A stretch of DNA of 26,361 nt from a virus. A model generated the notes under the pieces. The model saw only the letters and a program-made list of their open reading frames with translations, ran no database searches and had not been told where the DNA came from. Shown in pieces: positions 1-10,042 of this stretch (positions are counted from its first letter, which is position 1; every line of letters begins with the position of its first letter). The position numbers and the translations under genes were made by a program. The stretch lies in the IMG/VR virus record IMGVR_UViG_3300002036_000001, positions 72,506-98,866 of that record, one strand, 5' to 3'.

Positions 1-1
1 C

Positions 2-331
2 CTCTATAAATCCATGTGCAACCATTAAATCTGCAATTATCTGTACAGCATTGTGAAAGTCAAACTTACGCCTAGAATCTCTTACAAAATGAAATCCTAT
101 TTCAATTGGGTAAGTTTTTCCTTTCAATGCTTTATCAAAATTATCTCTAAGTTTTTCAAATTCATTAGGTCTAGTTACATAACCTTTAACAATTTTTTTA
201 CTTACAGAATATTTTTGTATACCTAATTTTTGCAAATACTTTTTTACAGTTTTAGAAGGAAATATACCTCGACTAGTTTTTATTTTACTATTTTTTAGAC
301 TAGGTACATTCCCTGGTATCCATATTAACAT
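2..331 (-). CDS. RusA-like Holliday junction resolvase (partial, runs off left edge)
   Basis: Hand translation from ATG 331: MLIWIPGNVPSLKNSK...HFVRDSRRKFDFHNAVQIIADLMVAHGFIE; PS.KN start and RR.FD..N...D....G.I pattern of the RusA family. Not in the ORF track. Confidence 0.75.
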   Translation of the reverse strand, partial: MLIWIPGNVPSLKNSKIKTSRGIFPSKTVKKYLQKLGIQKYSVSKKIVKGYVTRPNEFEKLRDNFDKALKGKTYPIEIGFHFVRDSRRKFDFHNAVQIIADLMVAHGFIE

Positions 332-381
332 ATATTAATTATTTAAATGTTGTTCATATTTAAATAATAATATATGAAATA

Positions 382-2013
382 TTAATCTTCTTCTTCAATT
401 ATATCGTCTACTACTATAGGTTGAGGAGGAATATTAGGATAATTATCTAACGTAAATCCACCTATACTTTTATTTACTTTTCTGATATAGTAGTCATAAG
501 GGTTAACCTTTTTATCTGATGAATACCTATTCCAATTAATATACACAGTAGGATTAAATTCTTCTTCGTTTCCTACTAAATCTCCTGAACATGTTTGATT
601 ATATATATATTTATTTCTAGAATCTATATAGTCCAAAACATTTTCTACTAATCTAGGATTTTTTATTTCCTTATATAGTATATTATTAAAATTTATTTTA
701 CTACAAAAGTTTGTACTTGATAATATACTATTTTGGTTATTCTTAATAAAATTAACAATACTAGTACATACAATAAAATAATTCATTATTTTATTAATGT
801 CATAAGTAGGAGTATGAATCCTAAACTCTATTGTTTGTTTATTTCCAAATAATAAAGGAATTAAATTAACCCAATAATATCTAGTTTTTATATTCCATTT
901 ACTTGTACCTTCTGGATCAGAGGGATGAGAATGTATATTACTTAGATCTCCTCCTTCATTTTGGTAACTTCGACCCATTGATAGAAAACTATAAAGAACT
1001 TCAAAGTTTTTCTTTATATTTTTATTATCAATAACCCCATCCATCTTTAAAATAGTAGAATTAATAGGTAAAGGTTTAGTATAATGCTTTCTTTTTACCC
1101 CATAATTATATTTTTTATATAAAGGAAAAAGTTCAAATATAGAATCTTGTATTACTGTTAGTACTCTAAAGGCAGCTATAAAAAACTCTTCTGTTCTAGG
1201 AATATTCCCTATATGAAGATGCAAAGCACATGTTTCATCATATAAAGTCCTCTTTTTCAGTTGCTTTACTGTATCTACAATAGTTTGTACTCCCTTTTTT
1301 CCTTCTAGAGGAATTGTTACATATTCTAATCCTTTTACACTACCATCTCTTAGAGGAATTAATCCTAGATTTTTAACAATTCTAGGAGGAACCATTCCTT
1401 TAACTGTTTCAAATTCTAACCCAAATGTAAGACCTTTTGCAACATCTCCATATTTTTTTACTGCCTCAGTATATTTAGGAGAGTAATTAGAATGATAATA
1501 TTCAGAAGCTGAATTAGTTTTTCCTTTAGAATCGTATGATAAAGTATTTTTATAATTTAAATCACAATGCTTTATATCTGTGAATTCTATAGTATCTAAA
1601 GAATATTTATTATAATAATTTCCTGATGAAAGTTGTTCTTTATAAATAGTTCCTTTAAAAATTTCATTATCAAAACATTGATAAGTATTTCCATCAATAT
1701 GTACTAGTACTAAATCCTCTTTTTCATATTTTTTAGAAAAACTTCCAAATATAGGATTATTCGATTTATCAAAACCAATTACTCCTTTAACAACCATTAA
1801 AGATTTATCTTTAATAATATATTTTTTTATTCTATTATCAAAATAAATATATCCAGTATGTTGTTTATAATACTTATCATTTATTTTATAACAATCTCCT
1901 GAATTTTCTATATTTACATCTCCAATTTTATAAAATTCTCCTCTTATTGTTCTACATTCTTTTTTTGGAAAAGTTTTTCCACTTACTGTAACTACAGTTT
2001 TTATATCTTCCAT
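382..2013 (-). CDS. putative amidoligase (COOH-NH2 ligase fold)
   Basis: Motifs TFGLEFET, DGSV..LEYVT.PL, CALHLHIG, RY.WVNL, TIEFRIH. Confidence 0.85.
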   Translation of the reverse strand: MEDIKTVVTVSGKTFPKKECRTIRGEFYKIGDVNIENSGDCYKINDKYYKQHTGYIYFDNRIKKYIIKDKSLMVVKGVIGFDKSNNPIFGSFSKKYEKEDLVLVHIDGNTYQCFDNEIFKGTIYKEQLSSGNYYNKYSLDTIEFTDIKHCDLNYKNTLSYDSKGKTNSASEYYHSNYSPKYTEAVKKYGDVAKGLTFGLEFETVKGMVPPRIVKNLGLIPLRDGSVKGLEYVTIPLEGKKGVQTIVDTVKQLKKRTLYDETCALHLHIGNIPRTEEFFIAAFRVLTVIQDSIFELFPLYKKYNYGVKRKHYTKPLPINSTILKMDGVIDNKNIKKNFEVLYSFLSMGRSYQNEGGDLSNIHSHPSDPEGTSKWNIKTRYYWVNLIPLLFGNKQTIEFRIHTPTYDINKIMNYFIVCTSIVNFIKNNQNSILSSTNFCSKINFNNILYKEIKNPRLVENVLDYIDSRNKYIYNQTCSGDLVGNEEEFNPTVYINWNRYSSDKKVNPYDYYIRKVNKSIGGFTLDNYPNIPPQPIVVDDIIEEED

Positions 2014-2026
2014 TTTTAAGAATTAT

Positions 2027-3892
2027 TTAGTTTGTTTTTTTCTCAATTTCTATTATTTTACTTGTACTTTCTATAAAATTAGATAATAGTTTCATAACAG
2101 AATCTCTTTTTTCATTAGATTTAAAATTAGATAATCTTTTTATTACAATAGGAAACAATTGATAAGGCTCTAATAAAGTTTCTTCTATTAATTTTTCTAA
2201 TCTATCATTCTCTATATTATCTTTTTTAGTATTTTCTTCTTTTTCTAAATCATCCACTACTGTGTCTAAATTTTTACTAGCAGGGAGTTCTATTACTTTT
2301 ACATCATCTATTTTTGCTATATTTGTTATTCTAGTACAATTACCTTTATCTATTTCATATATTTTTTCAGCATTTAATGGACTAATAATTCCTGTAAATA
2401 ATTCTCCTCCATAGTATATACTTTGTCTATTAGAATCCTTATACTTATAAGACATGTCTATAATAGGATGAACCGTACATAAAGATAAAGAACTAACATC
2501 AAAAGGCATTCTCTCTTTTTTTAAACTTATACAAGCATCAAAATCTAACTGAGTTGATATTCTTGCTCCTTCAAATATATAAAAGAAATATCTTGATATG
2601 TCTGTTATTTCTTGATTCTTATTATGAACAAAGGGTATAAATCCTTTTTTAGAATTTTTTTTATTTTTTTGAAAACAATTATTCTTAAAAGGAATATTAA
2701 CTAAAGACCAAAATGTATTTTCTGCTTCTTTAGTATTATCTCCTAATTTATAAAATCCATAATTAGTTATCCAAGCATATACTCCTGTAATAGTATGTCC
2801 ATTTCTCCAATATCTTAATTTATTAAAATAAACTTTACCTTTATAATCTTTTAGATCTTTTAAAGTCTTTTCGTTATAAATATTCTTCTTATCAGATAAA
2901 CTTGAAGAAGATATATTGGTAGAAGTACCTTTACTCTTATCAAAATTTATAGTATCATACCCACTACATGCATCATAATTAGGATATGTTCTACCATAAT
3001 TTTGATGATAATTTTGGTATCTATAAGTTTTTAAATGATGACAGTTTTTTCTACTTATACTAAACTTAGTAGCTTTTTCTACATTACCATCTACTATCCT
3101 ATAGACTACATTATGTGAAAACTCACCTATAGTATCTGGATTTCCTCCTATAGCTATTAAACTATCTTCTATAGAAGAAATATATAAACTATTTCTTGTT
3201 TCCTTATAATAAAATAAAGGTCTTTCTTGATATATCACATCTCCTTTATCAGTATTATATTTTTTAGAAGCACCATGGTAACAGTAAATTACATTAGGTT
3301 CTCTAGTATCTGTAAAAACTAATGCAGCAGCTCCGTTATATTTACTAAGAACCTTATAATTACTATTTTTATAAATACATTCTAATAGTATTTCACTATC
3401 TATTTTGTTCCTAGTATTACCTTTTGATAAAGTTTGAACTTCATCTACATTAAAATCTTTTGCAAGATCTTTATAATTTAAAAGAGATCCATTATGCACT
3501 CCTATAAAAGAAAAACCATCATTATTAAACCCGAATCCAAATGGATGTGCATTATCCATTGTATTTGCTCCCACTGTACTTTTTCTAGTATGACCAATAA
3601 CTACAGGAAAATTAATAGGTTTATCATAGTCAATATTAGATAAGAAATCTCTATATGCTTTTTCTTTATCTACTCCTAAATATATGTCACCATCTACAGT
3701 AATTCCACAAGAATCTGTTCCTCTAGTTTCATTCATTATTCCTAGAATATCCAATTTTTGTTTATTGAATTTTTTAGTAGATTTACCTGCCCATGCAAAT
3801 ATTCCACAATTTAATTGATTTTCTTTAACTCCAAAAATAATTTTTCCTAAAGTATCAATTGCTAATAATATTAATATTATGCTAATTATCAT
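2027..3892 (-). CDS. class II (Ntn) glutamine amidotransferase with N-terminal hydrophobic extension
   Basis: CGIFA, RGTDSCG, GHTRKST, NAHPF, HNG, DSE, RPL motifs. Confidence 0.88.
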   Translation of the reverse strand: MIISIILILLAIDTLGKIIFGVKENQLNCGIFAWAGKSTKKFNKQKLDILGIMNETRGTDSCGITVDGDIYLGVDKEKAYRDFLSNIDYDKPINFPVVIGHTRKSTVGANTMDNAHPFGFGFNNDGFSFIGVHNGSLLNYKDLAKDFNVDEVQTLSKGNTRNKIDSEILLECIYKNSNYKVLSKYNGAAALVFTDTREPNVIYCYHGASKKYNTDKGDVIYQERPLFYYKETRNSLYISSIEDSLIAIGGNPDTIGEFSHNVVYRIVDGNVEKATKFSISRKNCHHLKTYRYQNYHQNYGRTYPNYDACSGYDTINFDKSKGTSTNISSSSLSDKKNIYNEKTLKDLKDYKGKVYFNKLRYWRNGHTITGVYAWITNYGFYKLGDNTKEAENTFWSLVNIPFKNNCFQKNKKNSKKGFIPFVHNKNQEITDISRYFFYIFEGARISTQLDFDACISLKKERMPFDVSSLSLCTVHPIIDMSYKYKDSNRQSIYYGGELFTGIISPLNAEKIYEIDKGNCTRITNIAKIDDVKVIELPASKNLDTVVDDLEKEENTKKDNIENDRLEKLIEETLLEPYQLFPIVIKRLSNFKSNEKRDSVMKLLSNFIESTSKIIEIEKKTN

Positions 3893-3895
3893 TTT

Positions 3896-4696
3896 TTATA
3901 AATTTATTAATTCTTTTTTTAATTTTTCAATTTTTGCTATTAGTACAATTGCTTTTTCTTTATTATTTAAATTAATACATTCTTCTATATCATCAGAATA
4001 ATTATTAATTATATAATTTATAACACCTGTATTTACTAATTCAATAGCTTCCATGGTTTTATTAAAAGCCCATTTCATAAGTTTATCATTTACTATCCAA
4101 AAATTTGATAAACTTCTATATTCTACTCCATAGTTTTTAAATCTAAAACTACCAGCTTTACCATACATTTCTTTTCTTCTATCATCTTTGTCCAAATTAA
4201 TAGATTCTAATCCAAGTACAGCATCCATAGCATATATAATCTTTTCACTTACTTCTTGAGAAGGATTATCATACCCTATATGAATATGTCCTCCACAAGT
4301 CCTTAATCTAGTATCACTACTAGGGGCAGAGTTTATAGATTTTGAATAAACATTAAAATCAGGCTCACATCCAAATTGCTTTGCTTGAGGAGTTTCTAAA
4401 AATCTTTGATCTAATTCTGCTGATGCACTATAATTTAAAGAACATCCTTGTAATTTAGAAAGAATTTCTAAATGATTTTTTACAAAATTCATATTGGTTA
4501 CAAAAGATTTTACATCAACACAAGCAGGAATATTAAATTCTACCATAACATTATCTTCTTGTATAGCATGTCCTTCTTCACTAATTTTTTTAGGTTCTAA
4601 TTTTGTACCTCCAATTAATCCTTCTGCTGAAATTATTTCTCCATTTTTTTCAAGAAACAATTCAGGATCGCTTCCTATTTTTATATTTTTTAACAT
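3896..4696 (-). CDS. phiEco32-like COOH-NH2 ligase type 2
   Basis: IGSDPELFL, QEDNV..EFNIP, FGCEPDFN, RTCGGHIHIG, RR..YGKAG.FR...YGVEYR.LSNFW. Confidence 0.9.
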   Translation of the reverse strand: MLKNIKIGSDPELFLEKNGEIISAEGLIGGTKLEPKKISEEGHAIQEDNVMVEFNIPACVDVKSFVTNMNFVKNHLEILSKLQGCSLNYSASAELDQRFLETPQAKQFGCEPDFNVYSKSINSAPSSDTRLRTCGGHIHIGYDNPSQEVSEKIIYAMDAVLGLESINLDKDDRRKEMYGKAGSFRFKNYGVEYRSLSNFWIVNDKLMKWAFNKTMEAIELVNTGVINYIINNYSDDIEECINLNNKEKAIVLIAKIEKLKKELINL

Positions 4697-4721
4697 TTTA
4701 TTATTTTTAAATTTATAATTT

Positions 4722-5408
4722 TTAATTTAGTATATTGTAAAGTAAATCTGTACATACTTGTTTATAAGGAGTACATGCGTCTGTATATTCAGGATGACCT
4801 TGTATACATAATTCCTTTTCCTTATATATAATTATTTCAGGTTCCTTAAACTTATCTTTTAATTCTATTTCTGAATTATCTCCGTTTAAATAAGTAGTGC
4901 TTAAATATCTTTTACTCCATCCTACGATTTTATAAGGAGAACTTCTTTTTGTAGGAAGCATCATTTGATGATGACTTGAAGTAGCTTTACAAGTATATAT
5001 ACGATCAATTTCATGTAATCTTACATGTATATCATGTTCTGTATTATGTCCATTTACATGTTGAATTAATTTTCCTCTATTTAATACAGTAAGAAGTTGT
5101 GCACCTCTACATATACCTAACTTAGGAGTATGTCTAAACATTTGATATATACTTCTCTCTAAAGTATCTCTATCAGTATCTATAAGAGTATGTTTTCCAG
5201 TTTTTTCTCCATAAAGAGCTGGAGAAACATCAGAACCTCCTGTAAAAACTAATAAATCTATACTAGAGGCTTTTTTATATGTCTCAGACTTATTATCTAT
5301 CATGTCTTTCATATAATAAACATTTATATCTCTTTTAAGTCTATTTAAAAATATTAAATAATCATTATTAAAGTAAGAATCTACTAATATATTTAACTTT
5401 TTATTCAT
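4722..5408 (-). CDS. class I glutamine amidotransferase / peptidase C26 family
   Basis: FTGGSDVSP..YG, LGICRGAQ (catalytic Cys), SSHHQ, QGHPE. Confidence 0.9.
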   Translation of the reverse strand: MNKKLNILVDSYFNNDYLIFLNRLKRDINVYYMKDMIDNKSETYKKASSIDLLVFTGGSDVSPALYGEKTGKHTLIDTDRDTLERSIYQMFRHTPKLGICRGAQLLTVLNRGKLIQHVNGHNTEHDIHVRLHEIDRIYTCKATSSHHQMMLPTKRSSPYKIVGWSKRYLSTTYLNGDNSEIELKDKFKEPEIIIYKEKELCIQGHPEYTDACTPYKQVCTDLLYNILN

Positions 5409-6282
5409 TTTTTTTATATTTATTTATTAATAATTTAGGAATTATTTCTATATATTTAATAAGAGTCTTTTCTCCAAAAGAAGGTGCAGAATTTATTTCT
5501 ACTATTATAAATTTAGGATCTTCCCTAATTATTCCTTCTTTATTTTTAGAAGATTGTATTCTTAAATCTATTGCACCAAAATCTAACCCCACAGCTTTTA
5601 AAGCTTCTACGCTTTCTTTTACTATAATATCCCAATTTTTAGGTTTATCAAATTTTTCATTATCTTCCATAAACCATACACAATGGTCATTATTTCTGTA
5701 CCATCTTTTTTCTTCTGGAGTATCCTGCTTTAACATCTTTCTACAAGTGTAAAAACAACCTTCTTCTGTAACATGTAATCTATACTCTCTATTATAATTA
5801 TAGAACTTTTCAAATATATAATCTTTTAATTTATCTCCTTTTTGTTCTATAAATTTTAGTAAAGAATCTATATTATCATGCTTTATATTTCCTTTACCTC
5901 TACTTCCAAATATATTTTTAGAAATAATTGGAAAAGGTAAATCAGATAACTCATAAGGAGCTTCCTCTGAATTATTTTCTAAGAAAAAAGCATGACTGCC
6001 ATCCCATTCTCCTCCATATGACCACCAATCTGCTGTAATAATATTATTATTACTAAAGCAAGTCTTCATTAAACCTTTGTTTGCACTATTTTTAATAGCC
6101 TGAATAGTATTTAGTTCTATTCTATTTCCACCATTTGTAACAGAATCTTTCATATCTGTAAAAGATCCCAACCTAACAACAGATTTAAAAGGTAAAAAAG
6201 GAAAAATACCCTTTTCTCTTAATGTATTATGAGAAGGGTGTCTACTTCGTATTCTAGGTAGAAATTTAGTGTATTTAGACAT
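5401..6282 (-). CDS. ATP-grasp ligase
   Basis: EYRLHV, GLDFGAIDL, IIVEINSAP motifs. Confidence 0.88.
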   Translation of the reverse strand: MSKYTKFLPRIRSRHPSHNTLREKGIFPFLPFKSVVRLGSFTDMKDSVTNGGNRIELNTIQAIKNSANKGLMKTCFSNNNIITADWWSYGGEWDGSHAFFLENNSEEAPYELSDLPFPIISKNIFGSRGKGNIKHDNIDSLLKFIEQKGDKLKDYIFEKFYNYNREYRLHVTEEGCFYTCRKMLKQDTPEEKRWYRNNDHCVWFMEDNEKFDKPKNWDIIVKESVEALKAVGLDFGAIDLRIQSSKNKEGIIREDPKFIIVEINSAPSFGEKTLIKYIEIIPKLLINKYKKNE

Positions 6283-6694
6283 AATTTTTTATTTTAGATA
6301 ATTTTTTAAATTCTTTCCAATCTCCATTTTTTACTAATGAAGAATTACCTAAACTATTAGAAGAACCTGTATTATAAAAATAAGTATAAGCTTTTCCATA
6401 AGGTGTAATTATTTCCTCTCTTTCATAGTAATTATTAGAACAAGAACTTTCACTATACCCTTCTAAAGAATCTATTTTAGATAAACATAATTGATTTACT
6501 TTATATACCTCCATTACTACAGAAGTAACTCCATTCTTTAATAATCCTGGAAAAGATCCTAAAGAATGCATAGAATAAATAGGTAAAGTATCAAATTGTC
6601 CTACAAATTCTTGATCTTTTAAGTAATGGCTGTTTCCTAAATCTTTTCTAAGACTACCATATACTGCTACTAATATTTCTTTTTTAACTGTCAT
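6275..6694 (-). CDS. gamma-glutamylcyclotransferase (AIG2-like)
   Basis: VAVYGSLRK..GN, FPGL, EVY.V, D.LEGY, Y.R, GDW. Start placed at ATG 6694 (MTVKKE) because the 6721 start overlaps the primase end. Confidence 0.88.
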   Translation of the reverse strand: MTVKKEILVAVYGSLRKDLGNSHYLKDQEFVGQFDTLPIYSMHSLGSFPGLLKNGVTSVVMEVYKVNQLCLSKIDSLEGYSESSCSNNYYEREEIITPYGKAYTYFYNTGSSNSLGNSSLVKNGDWKEFKKLSKIKNYV

Positions 6695-6704
6695 TTTATT
6701 TTTT

Positions 6705-7730
6705 TTAAAAGGGAATATCAATACATGTTTCCCAAATTTCTTTTATTTCTTCTCTTCCATAGTTTTTAACTAAATCACTAAAATCCTTTGATTCAAATTT
6801 ATCAGGAATTTCTAATCTTATTAAATCAAATTTAGAACATAATTTAGTACTAAATTTTCTACCCCAATTCTCTTTTTTGTCAAAATCATTATCATAAAGA
6901 AGAGATACTCTTTTAAATCTACTTTTTAATTGTTGAATAATATGAGTTTTAGGAGTAATTGCTTCTGTTTGTAATGATAATGTAGGCATGTTTAATAAAT
7001 TATCTATAGCCATTACATCTTTTAAAGATTTAGTAATTATCAAATTATCTCCTTTTTCAGGTAATTGACTCCATCCTTGCCATACTGAATCATCGTGATT
7101 ATTTAACCATTTGTATTTTGTACTAAACGGTTGATATATTTTATAAGTTTCTTTTTTATCTTTATATTCTGTAAAACAATAGGCATATTTTTCCGCTAAA
7201 ATGGGTTGACCATTTATAAAGACATAAGAAATAGGAGTTACGTTATATTTTTTTAATGTATCCATATCTATTCCAAAATCAGACCAAAATTTAACATCTA
7301 ATAATGTCCATTTTCTAAATTTTTTACCTAGTCTAAAGTTATTGGCTTTATTTAAAACACTTTTTCTATCTGTATAAGCAGTAGGATTATATTCTTTTGA
7401 AGTTTTTTCTGATTTTTTATAATGAAATTTATCTGTTAAGTTAAAATCAACTACTATTTTACTAAGAGCTTCAAAAAAATTTAAACCAAATCTTAATTGT
7501 ACAAATTTTACAAAATCACCTCCTCCTAATACAAAATCGTTAAAACATATTTCATTATTTTCTCCTATAAAATACCCAAAAGATTCTTTATTATCTTCTC
7601 TTAATGGAGATTTCATTACGCCATTTAAAGATACTTCTTTTCCTGTATAAAATCTATATATATCAATGTCTTGTAAGTGGATTAATAGTAATGATTTTGT
7701 TACTAATTTTTTATTTAAATTTATAATCAT
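6705..7730 (-). CDS. DNA primase (TOPRIM, crAss-like type)
   Basis: SPLRED...SF degenerate Zn-finger region, KIYQP, IITKSLKD and LYDND TOPRIM motifs, SKDFSD. Confidence 0.82.
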   Translation of the reverse strand: MIINLNKKLVTKSLLLIHLQDIDIYRFYTGKEVSLNGVMKSPLREDNKESFGYFIGENNEICFNDFVLGGGDFVKFVQLRFGLNFFEALSKIVVDFNLTDKFHYKKSEKTSKEYNPTAYTDRKSVLNKANNFRLGKKFRKWTLLDVKFWSDFGIDMDTLKKYNVTPISYVFINGQPILAEKYAYCFTEYKDKKETYKIYQPFSTKYKWLNNHDDSVWQGWSQLPEKGDNLIITKSLKDVMAIDNLLNMPTLSLQTEAITPKTHIIQQLKSRFKRVSLLYDNDFDKKENWGRKFSTKLCSKFDLIRLEIPDKFESKDFSDLVKNYGREEIKEIWETCIDIPF

Positions 7731-7743
7731 TTTTATACATTTT

Positions 7744-7775
7744 AAAAGAAAAGGGAGAAAATAAATTCTCCCCTT
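7744..7775 (-). terminator. intrinsic terminator downstream of SSB gene
   Basis: Minus strand GGGAGAA-UUUAUU-UUCUCCC followed by UUUUCUUUU. Confidence 0.75.
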
Positions 7776-7791
7776 AATTATTTATTATATT

Positions 7792-8382
7792 CTAAATAGA
7801 CTCTGTCCAATCTTCTGTAGCTCCAATAATAGTATCTGAACCTGATATACCATCATTAGATGGTGCATCTTCTGTTATTTTAGTTAACAGATCCATATTA
7901 TTAGGAATAAGTCTAGTATTTTCAACAGCTCTTTCAATAAAATTGAAATAACGTAAACCTAAAAATCTACCAGGTCTATTCTTAGTTCCATAAGTTACAT
8001 ATACATTGAAAACTTTTCCTTCTACATTGTCCTTAATAAGACCAAATAAGACATCTACAGCTTCTTTAGTTGTTTTTACTTCTGGAAATACATAGTCAGC
8101 TCCTAAAACTGCTTTAGCAATATGAAGAACTCTAGACAATTCTTGTCTTTCCCTTTTTTGGTTATACTCATCAGGGGATGATGGATTAGGTTTAAAGTAA
8201 TAAAAACCTTGATTAACTGAACCACCAGCATCACTAGTAGCAATTAATTTATATTCAGGATAAGTATCTGGAGATCCAGCTTGTTTTTTTTCAACAGAAA
8301 TTTTAACATTTCTTACTAATCCTGCATTCCCACCATTAAAAATGGTATTTCCTTCAAATTCTTTTCCGTTTAAATTTATCAT
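7792..8382 (-). CDS. putative single-stranded DNA-binding protein
   Basis: Lies between recombinase-like ATPase and primase, acidic tail ending TEDWTESI, followed by a terminator. Confidence 0.55.
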   Translation of the reverse strand: MINLNGKEFEGNTIFNGGNAGLVRNVKISVEKKQAGSPDTYPEYKLIATSDAGGSVNQGFYYFKPNPSSPDEYNQKRERQELSRVLHIAKAVLGADYVFPEVKTTKEAVDVLFGLIKDNVEGKVFNVYVTYGTKNRPGRFLGLRYFNFIERAVENTRLIPNNMDLLTKITEDAPSNDGISGSDTIIGATEDWTESI

Positions 8383-8393
8383 TTTATATTATA

Positions 8394-9167
8394 TTATTTT
8401 TTATTAATAAAAATTTTAGACCAATCTACTTTTACATTATTAGATTCGTCTGATTCTGCAACTACAATTTCTTGACCTTTTAAGTGATTACTTCTAGCTC
8501 CACATATTAAAGTATCAGAGGAAGCAAAATTAATTATTGTTTTGTTCTTCTCTCTATATAAATACCCTATTGCATCCACTTGTGAACATAATATTGCAGC
8601 ACTTTTACCAGTAAGGTCTAACCCTCTCTCATTCATTTCTTTACCTTCTTTTTCAACCAATTTATCTTTGACATGTCCTAATATAATTAAGGTGTCACAA
8701 ATTGATTCTAGCTCTCCTAAAACCATTGATAATGCCATTCTTGTAAATCTATATCCAGCTCCATTTGGAAGGGTTGTAACATCTGTTCCAATCCAATTTC
8801 TTCCCATAGGAGTATCTTTATATAGTTTTTTAGCTAAAGGAAGTACAACATCTTCTAGTGCTGTTACAGTATCTAAAGAGATGTATTTATATACATACTT
8901 TCCCCTTTTTTTATTTTCTTCCTTTATTTTATTTATCAAAGCCTTTAAAATAACTATAGGTAATTTATCTTGCTTTTCTGCTTCTGTTAGTACATCATAC
9001 TTTAAAGCATTTACAAAATGAGAACCTTTTTCTAAATCAATTGTTAAACAATTATCTAATTCAGAAATTATAGTAGTTTTTCCCATCTTAGGTAAACTAA
9101 ATATTACCATAGATTTAGGATTTATTCTACTTGCTTTTTCTTTTTCTTTCGGTAACTCTATATTCAT
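8394..9167 (-). CDS. AAA_24 / Sak4-like P-loop ATPase
   Basis: Walker A SLPKMGKTT, IDLEKGS, Walker B ISLDTVT, GAGY, ILGH, DAIGY. Confidence 0.85.
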   Translation of the reverse strand: MNIELPKEKEKASRINPKSMVIFSLPKMGKTTIISELDNCLTIDLEKGSHFVNALKYDVLTEAEKQDKLPIVILKALINKIKEENKKRGKYVYKYISLDTVTALEDVVLPLAKKLYKDTPMGRNWIGTDVTTLPNGAGYRFTRMALSMVLGELESICDTLIILGHVKDKLVEKEGKEMNERGLDLTGKSAAILCSQVDAIGYLYREKNKTIINFASSDTLICGARSNHLKGQEIVVAESDESNNVKVDWSKIFINKK

Positions 9168-9204
9168 TCTATCATCTTCTCCGACCTTTCCTACCTCTGT
9201 TAAT

Positions 9205-9720
9205 TTATAAAAATTTCTTTACCTCACTTAAATGAGTAATAATTTTACTTCTATCATTAGAATCTTTACTCATATAGCCAGGTTTAAATTGAATACCTAA
9301 TTTTCCTTTACCATTTTTATTTATATTATTAATAGTGTCTGGTTTGTCATCTATTAAAATATCTATGTTTAATCTGTTCATTATTTCTAATTTGTTTGAA
9401 CTATGATAAACAGGTCTTTTAGGAAATCCATTTATTTCTAACCATAATTTTCTATATTTTATCATACTAGCAGGAGATGCAGTAATGTAGCATTCTACAT
9501 CAAAGTCTATACTTTCTGGATTTGATAAAGTATTTAACTGTGTCCAAAATACTTTGTTATTTTCTACAAGTTTAAAATTATCTTTAATCCATTTTGCATC
9601 TTTTTCTCCATCCCATATATTAATTCTATCTTCTTTTCTGTTCAAATACTTACAGAAATCTTGATAAAAACATGCTAATACATCGTCAATATCTAATGCT
9701 ATTTTCTTATTAGTCTTCAT
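9205..9720 (-). CDS. HAD-superfamily 5'(3')-deoxyribonucleotidase-like phosphatase
   Basis: IALDIDDVLA (DxD), YITA, LIDDKP. Confidence 0.82.
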   Translation of the reverse strand: MKTNKKIALDIDDVLACFYQDFCKYLNRKEDRINIWDGEKDAKWIKDNFKLVENNKVFWTQLNTLSNPESIDFDVECYITASPASMIKYRKLWLEINGFPKRPVYHSSNKLEIMNRLNIDILIDDKPDTINNINKNGKGKLGIQFKPGYMSKDSNDRSKIITHLSEVKKFL

Positions 9721-10042
9721 TATTTTTTAGGTTTTTATCAATAAATCTATCATCCATGTCTTTTCTAAATAAAAACATATATGACAGAAACATTGCATTA
9801 CATAATATATGTCCTACATGAGCTAATTTACTTTCTTTATCTTTGTTTTCTCCATCTATAAAAGATATGAGATGTCTCATAAGGCTCTCACATATTTCTG
9901 AATATTTTAGTCCTTTTTTCCAATTATGTGAATCATATTTCTTTGCTCCAAACATTAGAACCTTAACCATAGGCTCTAATGCTCTGAAACTTGTTAAGGA
10001 CCAATTTAATTTATTTTTATTATCTCTAGTTCCTATCTCCAT
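9710..10042 (-). CDS. dATP/dGTP diphosphohydrolase domain protein (DUF5664-like)
   Basis: KL.W.L, VLMFGAKKY..HNWKKG, SLMRH, GE..D.ES.LAH.GH..CN.MFL. Confidence 0.85.
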   Translation of the reverse strand: MEIGTRDNKNKLNWSLTSFRALEPMVKVLMFGAKKYDSHNWKKGLKYSEICESLMRHLISFIDGENKDKESKLAHVGHILCNAMFLSYMFLFRKDMDDRFIDKNLKNNED

